Source: Clostridia bacterium (GTDB taxonomy: Bacteria > Bacillota > Clostridia > Christensenellales > Borkfalkiaceae). Taken from it: a DNA stretch of 48,651 bases. Below are positions 41,585 through 48,651 of this stretch, piece by piece. The number at the start of each line of letters is the position of its first letter. Position 1 is the first letter of the stretch. The notes beneath the pieces were generated by a model. That model worked only from the letters and a program-made list of their open reading frames with translations. It made no database searches and was not told the DNA's origin. The position numbers were made by a program, and so were the translations under genes. The stretch lies in the NCBI GenBank assembly GCA_017503265.1, contig JAFVTK010000028.1:1-48651 (forward strand). The letters run 5' to 3'.

Positions 41585-43915
41585 TCACGCAAATTCAACT
41601 GTAATTTCGTTAATATCTTTTATCTTTCTTCTATCAATCACGTAAGAATTTTCCTTCGCAAGAACTTTTTTACCATTAATAGACACCTCTTTAACCGTTG
41701 AGCCAAAACCTACGTAAGTAATATTTAACGTTTTTCCGTTATAATTAAACTTTACGTTTGAATTCTTATATCTTTTAGGAATACAAGGTTTTATCTTGAT
41801 ACCATCCATCGTAAACTTCAAACCAAAAGTAAATTCGTATAAAATTCTGAATAACGTTGCAACGCTTCCAGTTAAAAAAGAAAAACCACTACGTCCACAA
41901 AAATATGGAACTAAATGATAAACGTTTGTTATTGCATAAGGCGCCGAACAACACCTATCTTCACTATGAATTTCGCTATTAAAAGGAAATATACAATTCA
42001 ATATATCAAGCAACGTATTATAATCACCTATGCTTGCCGCCGCCATTGCCATAAACCCTTGTGAACCATGGCTATATACACTTGCGTTTTCGCAAAAATA
42101 CGGAAGAAAATCTCCTGTTCCCATCTTCCCTATTTTTTCTATTTTTTTCTCACCCATAGGATAAGTAAATAATTTATATCCGTTGCTCGTTCTTAATTTC
42201 TTATAATTTTCTACAATCTTTTCTTCCTTTCCCTTTGCTACGCCTGACATAATCGCAAAAGCGTTGGTTGGAACGAAAAATCTCTCTTTACCGTCTGGAT
42301 CATTACTCGAAAATATCCACTCTCCGTTATCAGTAAATACCCCGTTATAAAAACCTTTTTCATTAAAACATTCATTGACGTTTTTAGTAAGTTTATTTAT
42401 AACGTTTTTATAATATTGCTCATCAATATCTTTCCCAAACTTATTTGCAATCTCAATAAAATGATTGATGCAAATAATAAGTTGACAAGATACCATAACC
42501 CCCTCTCCACGGCCGTTCATACCAACACCATAAAGACAATCAAGCCAATCTCCACCGTGCATTTTAATCAATCCATGCTCACCGATGTTCTCTTCTAATA
42601 AATAATAGTTTATTGCTTTTTCTAAATGGGTAAACCCGTCTTCTAATTGTTCACTATCAAAATACCGATATTTTTCCATTAACACAGAAAAATCTTCGCT
42701 ATACGCCAAATAATTATAAAGAAAATCAATAAAAACACAGGCAGAGTCGATATAATCTCTTAAATCGTATTTACCTCCGTCAACTGTTGGTATTTGTCTT
42801 GGAAACCATCCGTTAGATTTTTGTTTTGATAAAAGATTACGAATGGTATCTTTACACGCACCAATATCATAATTTATATAACTATAAAAATCGGTTGAGC
42901 AGTCTCTTACTCCTCTCATTCCCGTAGGCCAGCCCCTATCAAGAGAAATAACCCAATCAAGTTCAAGAGGTAAAAACCCATTTACGAAACTATTAAAAGT
43001 TTCGTCTTCTGTTTTAACGCTATTAACGGAAATCAATTTTTTGTATTTTTCTCTGACTTTATCCAACTCTATTTCTAGATTTTTTTCGTCTAGATATTCC
43101 TTTGATTTTAACGTTACACAATCAAAATCTTCTTCATTGCTAGCAGAGAATATTTGCGTAAACTTATAACTTTCTTTACTTTTCAAACTTGCAGTCATTG
43201 TTCCGCTATAACATTGTTCAAAAGCGTATAACTCATCTGCGTTATCCTTTGAAAAAGCCAAAGGAAGTATTGAATAATTTTTAGTAACTGAAACTAATCT
43301 TTCTCTACTTATATTTCTAGATTCAAGAGGTTTATTGAACAAACATGAGAACACTCTTCTTTCTTCAACTTTACCATTTACACTATATCTTATCGTTGCA
43401 AACCCATCGTCTATCAATTTAGTTTTTGTATACCACTCTGGTTTATCCCAAGGAGCCATTAATAAATCATTAACGTAAGGGTAAACTGTTGGACAAATTT
43501 TGATTTGTTTTACTCCGCCACTATTATTGATTATTTCCGTCGAAACAAAGAATCTCGCTTCGTTTTCACTAATTGCCACTTCTGTTTTTACTACAATATC
43601 TTGAAAAAATAGCGTATATACCGCTTTCTCTGGCAAGAACTCTATTTTTAAATTTGATGCTGAAAACACGTCGAAATTATGATAAACTTTCCCGTCAACC
43701 TCAAAATAATTAATTATTGGTGAAAACTGTTCTCTTTTTTCTCTTTTAACTAGAACAATACCAGCAGGGGCGTCCATTTGTGCGCTTTGAATTCCATACT
43801 GGTCAACTTTAACTAAAACGTTATGATTTTTGTAAATATATTCATAGGCTCCGTATTGCGGTAATTTATTTATTGTGTAACCACCTAATTTATTTTCAAA
43901 AGTTCCGTATTTCAT
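41585..43915 (-). CDS. GH94-like (alpha/alpha)6 glycoside phosphorylase/hydrolase, 776 aa
   Basis: MRGVRDCSTDF (RD..QD-like), HGGDWLD (GDWND-like catalytic Asp context) and ENASVYSHGS (ENGG.Y.H-like) resemble cellobiose/chitobiose phosphorylase family motifs. No signal peptide. Confidence 0.7.
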   Translation of the reverse strand: MKYGTFENKLGGYTINKLPQYGAYEYIYKNHNVLVKVDQYGIQSAQMDAPAGIVLVKREKREQFSPIINYFEVDGKVYHNFDVFSASNLKIEFLPEKAVYTLFFQDIVVKTEVAISENEARFFVSTEIINNSGGVKQIKICPTVYPYVNDLLMAPWDKPEWYTKTKLIDDGFATIRYSVNGKVEERRVFSCLFNKPLESRNISRERLVSVTKNYSILPLAFSKDNADELYAFEQCYSGTMTASLKSKESYKFTQIFSASNEEDFDCVTLKSKEYLDEKNLEIELDKVREKYKKLISVNSVKTEDETFNSFVNGFLPLELDWVISLDRGWPTGMRGVRDCSTDFYSYINYDIGACKDTIRNLLSKQKSNGWFPRQIPTVDGGKYDLRDYIDSACVFIDFLYNYLAYSEDFSVLMEKYRYFDSEQLEDGFTHLEKAINYYLLEENIGEHGLIKMHGGDWLDCLYGVGMNGRGEGVMVSCQLIICINHFIEIANKFGKDIDEQYYKNVINKLTKNVNECFNEKGFYNGVFTDNGEWIFSSNDPDGKERFFVPTNAFAIMSGVAKGKEEKIVENYKKLRTSNGYKLFTYPMGEKKIEKIGKMGTGDFLPYFCENASVYSHGSQGFMAMAAASIGDYNTLLDILNCIFPFNSEIHSEDRCCSAPYAITNVYHLVPYFCGRSGFSFLTGSVATLFRILYEFTFGLKFTMDGIKIKPCIPKRYKNSNVKFNYNGKTLNITYVGFGSTVKEVSINGKKVLAKENSYVIDRRKIKDINEITVEFA

Positions 43916-44049
43916 TTTATATCCCTACTAAAATTAAATCGTTTGTATTTATAGAAGAATTATTTCTTTCGCTAAAAGTTTCATCTATTCAAAGGCAATG
44001 CAGTCGTTTTTAGTCCGACTCGTAACCAATTGAAGAAGTTTAAAACACA

Positions 44050-44086
44050 ATTCGCAATCTATACTTTCCCTCTTTGAATTGCGAAT
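44050..44086 (-). terminator. Weak hairpin after the GH28 gene (possible attenuator/terminator)
   Basis: ATTCGCAAT (44050..44058) pairs with ATTGCGAAT (44078..44086) around a 19-nt loop. On the - strand it is followed by UGUGUUUUAAAC. Confidence 0.3.
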
Positions 44087-44113
44087 AATCACCGAGCAAA
44101 TCCCACCATCCTA

Positions 44114-46345
44114 TTACACGTCAAAAGTGACGCTTCTTTCGCAATAACTAGATTCATATACTGCATTAATATAGGCTATAAGTTGATTTTCACGATTTTT
44201 TAACCATTTTAAATCAATCTTACCAGTAAGCATTTTATATACGGCTACTGCAATGTTTGCGTCGCGTAAAGAAAGCCCGTACAACTCTTTAATTGCATCA
44301 TTATAAGAATATGGCTCTTTTTTGTCCGTAAACAAATATACAGATTGCGGTCTTATGTTAGTGGAAACAACACGCGTTGATTCCATACCCTCCCTTCCCC
44401 AAACGGTATGTCTAGTTTGTTCTTCTGTGCCGATGGGGAGAGTCGCACCAAGTTCTAACAAAGCAACTTTTTGATTAAACATTTTTAATATCACGTTAAC
44501 CGCATTTGTATTGTGAAAGGCGGTTAATTTTTTTATTTTAGAATCCAAAACCCATTCAGCGCAGTCAATTTCCTTATACAAAAAATTACCTATACCGTAA
44601 ATTTTCTCTATTTGTCCATTTATTTTAACACTACACGACCCCCCTATGTTATATACGCCGTTTCGCATTACGGCTTGCACTTGAGGATCTTCACGCCAAT
44701 AAAAAATAGGATAAATTTTCGTGCCAATTTTTAATTTTGGAGTATAATCATTTTCAGTTTTTGGTAAAATTTCCCAATTTTCATCAACCTTTTCTTGAAA
44801 AGTTTCAATCAGCCTATTTACGCCTTCTTCTACACTTACTGTTTTTCTCATACAATCACTTTGCACTAAACGTTTTCCGTTGTAAACGACGTTTGAACAG
44901 TTTGATACGTCATATTCTTTCAAATTTTCAGTATTCACTATTTTAACGCCTTTAAACGCAATATTTCTAAATTTTTCTTTATCTTTTTCAAATCCGTTTA
45001 CGTAAATATACGAATCCACGTCAACGTAGCCAAACCCAGGGTCGTCACTAGTATATTCAATAATTACGTTTTCAAGCCTTATATCACTAATTTCGGTCAA
45101 AGAATTTGCCCCTTCACCATCATCATTATATCCAATTTGTCTAATAGTTACCCTTGAAATTTTGCTATTTAAAACTTCTACGTCTTTTATATAACCACCG
45201 CGTTTTTCGGTCGTTTTAATATGTAAGCCTAAATATGTTCCTGTAAAATCGCAGTCCCAAAATCTAACTTTTTCTACTCCACCTGAAATTTCACTGCCGA
45301 TTGCTATACCGTGGCTATAACCTATTTCTGCCCTACACGAAAATATATCTATATTTTTACAAGGGATATTCAAAACGTTTCCTTCGGGATTTTTACCCGA
45401 TTTTATAGCAATACAATCGTCGCCAGTATCAAATACACTGTCGAAAATTACGCAATTTTCAGATGAGTCTGGGTCCCAACCGTCCCCGTTCCAAATTCCT
45501 GTTGAAAAAATGTTACAACCACACGTAACTATATCTTTTGAATAAATAAAATGCAAATTCCAAGACGGGGAATTACCGAGATTTAATCCGTCTATAACTA
45601 CGTTTTTACCATTACTTACGTTTATAAGTCGTCCCCTTTCTCTGTGGTCGGTTTTACTTTCTAAATTTGATTGATAATCTACTAATTTTGCTCTTTTTTC
45701 TTTTTCAGTATCTCCATATATACCGCAAACGTTACATAAAAGATTAAACCCACCGCCAACTATTGAGCCTTTGCCATGGATTTTAACGTTTTCGACCGTT
45801 ATTTCGCCCGTATTTTTAAGTTCTCCAACGTTTATAAGCGACTGGTAAGCAAATCTTTCAATTCCCTCAAACCTACTCCAAATCTTTGGGAGATAATCTT
45901 TGGGATTTTCGCTACCCCGTAAAATAGCACCTTCTTCCAAATACAGTTCAGTATTCGACTTTATTTTTAACCCACCGCAAAGGAACACACCTTTAGGTAT
46001 AACAACCCTTTCTTCATCAGTACAATCGTCTAGTGCTTTTTGAATTGCCAAGGTGTTTAACGTTGCTCCGTCGCCAATAGCGTTATACGGACTTTTCGAC
46101 ACGTCAACAGTTCGCTTTACCTTTTCCGTCTTGAAAATTTCCTTGCCTATTAATACGGTGTTTTTTTCATTTATTAGACTTATAGATATTTCATATTCGG
46201 TGTTAGGGGTTAAACCGCTAATTCTACAAAAAGTTTTGTCTATAAGGCAAATTGTCTTTCCATTTAAAGATATAGAATATTCTCCCGATAATTTTACTGG
46301 ATACCAGAAAACAACGATTTCATTTTCATAACAAAACGCTTTCAT
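44114..46345 (-). CDS. GH28 (polygalacturonase/rhamnogalacturonase family) with an N-terminal FN3-like domain and a C-terminal Gfo/Idh/MocA-like alpha/beta domain, 743 aa
   Basis: GH28 motifs are present: NAIGDGATLNTLAIQKALDDC, NGDGWDPDSS, GDDCIAIKSG, SHGIAIGSE and RGGYIKD. The C-terminal ~250 aa (KEIDCAEWVLDSKIKKLTAF...VILKMFNQKVALLELGATL...HTVWGREGM) follow the Gfo/Idh/MocA C-domain pattern without a Rossmann domain. No signal peptide. Confidence 0.85.
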   Translation of the reverse strand: MKAFCYENEIVVFWYPVKLSGEYSISLNGKTICLIDKTFCRISGLTPNTEYEISISLINEKNTVLIGKEIFKTEKVKRTVDVSKSPYNAIGDGATLNTLAIQKALDDCTDEERVVIPKGVFLCGGLKIKSNTELYLEEGAILRGSENPKDYLPKIWSRFEGIERFAYQSLINVGELKNTGEITVENVKIHGKGSIVGGGFNLLCNVCGIYGDTEKEKRAKLVDYQSNLESKTDHRERGRLINVSNGKNVVIDGLNLGNSPSWNLHFIYSKDIVTCGCNIFSTGIWNGDGWDPDSSENCVIFDSVFDTGDDCIAIKSGKNPEGNVLNIPCKNIDIFSCRAEIGYSHGIAIGSEISGGVEKVRFWDCDFTGTYLGLHIKTTEKRGGYIKDVEVLNSKISRVTIRQIGYNDDGEGANSLTEISDIRLENVIIEYTSDDPGFGYVDVDSYIYVNGFEKDKEKFRNIAFKGVKIVNTENLKEYDVSNCSNVVYNGKRLVQSDCMRKTVSVEEGVNRLIETFQEKVDENWEILPKTENDYTPKLKIGTKIYPIFYWREDPQVQAVMRNGVYNIGGSCSVKINGQIEKIYGIGNFLYKEIDCAEWVLDSKIKKLTAFHNTNAVNVILKMFNQKVALLELGATLPIGTEEQTRHTVWGREGMESTRVVSTNIRPQSVYLFTDKKEPYSYNDAIKELYGLSLRDANIAVAVYKMLTGKIDLKWLKNRENQLIAYINAVYESSYCERSVTFDV

Positions 46346-46377
46346 TCGCTACGCCCACCTATAATTATGGTATTATA

Positions 46378-46407
46378 ATTATAAAGTATCGGTTTTAGCG
46401 TTTTCAA
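46378..46407 (-). promoter_or_regulatory. Candidate sigmaA promoter of the GH28 unit (TTGAAA-18-TATAAT)
   Basis: On the - strand: TTGAAA (46407..46402), an 18-nt spacer, then TATAAT (46383..46378). It lies 33 nt upstream of the GH28 start codon, which has an AGGTGG SD. Confidence 0.45.
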
Positions 46408-46424
46408 GGTCAAATGGACAAAAT

Positions 46425-46457
46425 AAGTATATATTTTTAAAAATTATATAATTTTTC
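46425..46457. promoter_or_regulatory. Conserved palindromic box, copy 2
   Basis: AAGTATATATTTTTAAAAATTATATAATTTTTC. 30 of 33 positions match 39148..39180. It sits just upstream of the -35 of the GH28 promoter. Confidence 0.5.
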
Positions 46458-46639
46458 GTGTTCACACTTAAAAAACGATTTAATCTAGTTTCTTTCCTAT
46501 ATTATACCAAATATACAACTAAAAATAAAGAAAAATTTTTTTATTTTTTATTTTAGTGTAAAAAGGCTAAATTTTAAAGACTTTTCTCTCACGCAATGCT
46601 AATAATCGACCTATAGACGCATTTTTATAAGAAAAAGGT

Positions 46640-46677
46640 ACGGCTACCGAAAGTTCGGTAGCCGTTTTTCTTTTTTA
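46640..46677 (+). terminator. Strong intrinsic terminator with no annotated upstream gene (orphan)
   Basis: ACGGCTACCG (46640..46649) pairs with CGGTAGCCGT (46656..46665), followed by TTTTTCTTTTTT. A runs precede the stem, so it could also act on the - strand. Confidence 0.7.
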
Positions 46678-46731
46678 GTATAAAGATACGAATTTTCCTT
46701 TGTTCGGTTGGCTAGAGTCGCATAGGTCAAA

Positions 46732-46819
46732 CCCCAAAGTCAAGGCGAAAAATTCTTGGTAAGCATTGTAGTATTACTTTTTTAATCAACAATTTTTTCG
46801 TTTATCCTTGACTTTGGGG
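46732..46819. repeat. 88-bp long-range inverted repeat upstream of the phage-like gene module
   Basis: CCCCAAAGTCAAGG (46732..46745) is the exact reverse complement of CCTTGACTTTGGGG (46806..46819). The arms extend through CGAAAAA/TTTTTCG with a 5-nt bulge. A second inverted repeat, TATTTTGCC/GGCAAAATA, lies at 46846..46854 and 46882..46890. Confidence 0.45.
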
Positions 46820-46915
46820 CTATTATATTTTTTAACACTCAATTATATTTTGCCCTATGCACTTCGTCGCCCGCCGAAAAAGGCAAAATAAAAATGCAAA
46901 GGAGCAAAAAAGAAA

Positions 46916-47230
46916 ATGAAAAAAGTAGTTTATGGAATTTCAAGATATCGTAATAACGATGTTACCAAGTTAACTGGTGTCGGTTATATAACCGACGAAG
47001 ATTTAATTATCGCTTGCTTAAGCAAGAATCAAAAACCTTACTTAAGAGTATTTGAAGGTTGTGTTAAACAAGCAAAAGCCATTGATGGTAGAGATAACGA
47101 ATTTAAATGTAACTTCTACGAAATAAAAGAAATCGAATACGAAGTCAAAAATTCTAGTGGCGAAAGCGTTGGATTCGACACTAAAGAAATCGAACTTGAA
47201 TATAACATCTGGTTTAAATACGCCGACTAA
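46916..47230 (+). CDS. Hypothetical protein, 104 aa (phage-like module)
   Basis: Intact ORF with an AGGAG about 11 nt upstream. No family recognised. Confidence 0.65.
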   Translation: MKKVVYGISRYRNNDVTKLTGVGYITDEDLIIACLSKNQKPYLRVFEGCVKQAKAIDGRDNEFKCNFYEIKEIEYEVKNSSGESVGFDTKEIELEYNIWFKYAD

Positions 47231-47241
47231 AGGAGGATAAA

Positions 47242-47466
47242 ATGAAAGAATATATACATTTTGATGGTGAAAAAGATATTACTTTTAACGTTGTTCATAT
47301 TGATAACGACAAGCAAATAGCAGTTATTGCATCTACCTATGAGGGTAAAATTAGCGTTTTAGAATATGAAATTAAAGAAGATAGCGACGGTGAATATTTT
47401 GAACACGGTCATTTCTTTAAAAAAATATATTTTAATGACTTTGAAGAAGTTAAGGAGGTGATTTAA
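47242..47466 (+). CDS. Hypothetical acidic protein, 74 aa
   Basis: AAAGGAGG SD upstream. The stop overlaps the next start (TAATG). Confidence 0.7.
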   Translation: MKEYIHFDGEKDITFNVVHIDNDKQIAVIASTYEGKISVLEYEIKEDSDGEYFEHGHFFKKIYFNDFEEVKEVI

Positions 47467-47795
47467 TGTATTCGATTGAAATTAAAAATTTAAGATACCA
47501 AAAACCCACTAAAGAATGGCAAGTTAAAGTTGATCGCTCTTCGGTACTTGGCAATCCGTTTTATTTGAAATCCGAATACGAACGTGGAATCGTTTGTGAG
47601 AATTATAAAAGGTATTTTTACAAGAAAATCTACGATGGAGATTCGGCTTTTGTTAATGAAATCGAAAGGCTAAAAACACTTTTACTTCAATACGGAAAGT
47701 TAGAACTGTATTGTTGGTGTTATCCAAAAATGTGCCACGCACAAACAATAAAAGAATATCTCGAAAGGCACTATACAACGAAAGGATTATTATGA
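47466..47795 (+). CDS. DUF4326-family protein, 109 aa
   Basis: VKVDRSSVLGNPF matches the (I/V)xR.S.(W/L)GNPF core I associate with DUF4326, a family common in phages and mobile elements. AAGGAGG SD. Confidence 0.7.
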   Translation: MYSIEIKNLRYQKPTKEWQVKVDRSSVLGNPFYLKSEYERGIVCENYKRYFYKKIYDGDSAFVNEIERLKTLLLQYGKLELYCWCYPKMCHAQTIKEYLERHYTTKGLL

Positions 47796-48451
47796 AAGAA
47801 AATTTTATTAAAACTAAACCTTTTAAAACTCTTGTAATATCTCAAGGGTTAACGGGCAAAATGGCAGGAATGCCGGCAATTACAACATCTCTTCTTTGTA
47901 ATGAAAATTGCAAAAAATTATCTAACATAATCGGTACTGTTTGTGAAAAATGTTATGCGATTAAATACGTAAAATCACGTCCTAACGTTCAAAAGGTATA
48001 TGAAGAAAATACAACGCTTTTAACTTCTTCTATTATCCCAAGAAAACAGTTACCCTTTATAAACGCTGCGTACTGTAGATTAGAAAGTTTTGGAGATATA
48101 GTAAACGCTACTCACTTACAAAACTACGTAAATTTAGTCAAGAAAAATAACCACTGTGTATTCTCTTTATTTACAAAGAATTACACGGTGGTTTTTAATT
48201 ATTTTAAGGAACGTAAACAACCTAAAAACTTATCTATCGTAATATCATCACTGCTTATAAACGAGCCGTTCAATATAGATTATTTGAGCGAAACGAACTT
48301 AACTAACGTAAAGATTTTTACGGTATATTCAAAGACTTACGCAAACGGTAACAACGTAATTATAAACTGTGGAAAAACACGTTGCATTGATTGTTTAAGG
48401 TGCTATAAACCCAATAAACAACCGATTTACATATCGGAAATTTTAAAATAA
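47792..48451 (+). CDS. Cysteine-rich phage-type protein, 219 aa (start moved to the ATG at 47792)
   Basis: The start overlaps the preceding stop in an ATGA arrangement. Cys motifs are CNENC, CEKC and CIDCLRC, suggesting a metal or Fe-S site. Possibly Gp88-like, but not verified. Confidence 0.65.
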   Translation: MKENFIKTKPFKTLVISQGLTGKMAGMPAITTSLLCNENCKKLSNIIGTVCEKCYAIKYVKSRPNVQKVYEENTTLLTSSIIPRKQLPFINAAYCRLESFGDIVNATHLQNYVNLVKKNNHCVFSLFTKNYTVVFNYFKERKQPKNLSIVISSLLINEPFNIDYLSETNLTNVKIFTVYSKTYANGNNVIINCGKTRCIDCLRCYKPNKQPIYISEILK

Positions 48452-48475
48452 AACATAAAAAAAGGAGGATTTCTT

Positions 48476-48651
48476 ATGAGAAAATTAAAACGACCAAAAA
48501 CACTCACAAACAAAAAAGCATTAAAAATGTTGGCTTTCACAGTATGGGAACTTGTCGAAAACGAAGGACATTCAGAGTGGTGGTTAAACTTCGCTTTTGG
48601 CTTAACACAAAAAGAAACAAGATATTTGTTAAACAAAATTATAAATAATGA
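48476..48651 (+). CDS. 5' part of a further small gene running off the right edge
   Basis: AAAGGAGG SD 6 nt before the ATG at 48476. Translation is MRKLKRPKTLTNKKALKMLAFTVWELVENEGHSEWWLNFAFGLTQKETRYLLNKIINN.., open to the window end. Confidence 0.55.
   Translation, partial: MRKLKRPKTLTNKKALKMLAFTVWELVENEGHSEWWLNFAFGLTQKETRYLLNKIINN

Noticed and set aside
46715-46745. AGGTCAAACCCC, considered as a tRNA T-arm fragment (a possible integration site).
   Set aside because: No complementary T-stem, acceptor stem or CCA context can be drawn. The resemblance to GGTTCAAATCC is partial.
48427-48636. 69-aa minus-strand ORF at the right edge.
   Set aside because: It is antisense to an SD-preceded + strand ORF starting at 48476, its start codon is a TTG without an SD, and its composition is biased.
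1-48651. Searched for CRISPR arrays, rRNA/tRNA genes, IS elements or transposases, integrases, and known defence-system signatures.
   Set aside because: I found no regularly spaced direct repeats, no cloverleaf-compatible segments, no transposase, integrase, nuclease or ATPase-type ORFs, and no large ORFs without a plausible glycan-related or small phage-like assignment.

Overview
AT-rich, Firmicutes/Mollicutes-like chromosomal segment. The core is a single ~37 kb run of co-directional minus-strand genes (39067 down to 2162), with tiny or overlapping intergenic gaps. In transcription order the run contains: (1) an unannotated 38-codon ORF; (2) three giant surface proteins (about 1938, 1158 and 904 aa); (3) a CUT1-type ABC importer (lipoprotein SBP plus two permeases, no ATPase); (4) a fourth large secreted protein (958 aa); (5) a DUF4838-type lipoprotein; (6) a cytoplasmic block: SIS protein, PfkB kinase, GH36 alpha-galactosidase, alpha/beta-hydrolase, GH5-like clan-A hydrolase, DMT and MFS transporters, SGNH, CE4, PHP and SASA-type esterase; (7) a decayed galK remnant; (8) GH112 phosphorylase, thrC and an intact galK. 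A divergent GntR-HTH/LacI-type (AraR-like) regulator sits at 39261..40319. To its right is a second minus-strand unit: a GH28 fused to a Gfo/Idh/MocA-like C-terminal domain, a GH94-like phosphorylase, and a Gfo/Idh/MocA protein. Both window edges carry small-gene modules that look phage- or mobile-element-derived, and both are transcribed away from the glycan locus (left 1..1905, right 46916..48651). No recombinase, tRNA, rRNA or CRISPR array is visible. The most interesting points are listed here. First, an unclassified ~270-350 aa module recurs eight times across the four giant surface proteins; together with two DUF4838 domains it suggests an undescribed Gram-positive-type surface glycan capture and degradation apparatus. 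Second, a strongly SD-preceded 38-aa acidic ORF abuts the first giant gene. Third, a 33-nt palindromic box is conserved upstream of both leftward transcription units. Fourth, a galK pseudogene marks an operon rearrangement. Fifth, there is a GH28/oxidoreductase-domain chimera. All family calls come from motif recognition by eye; no database search was run.
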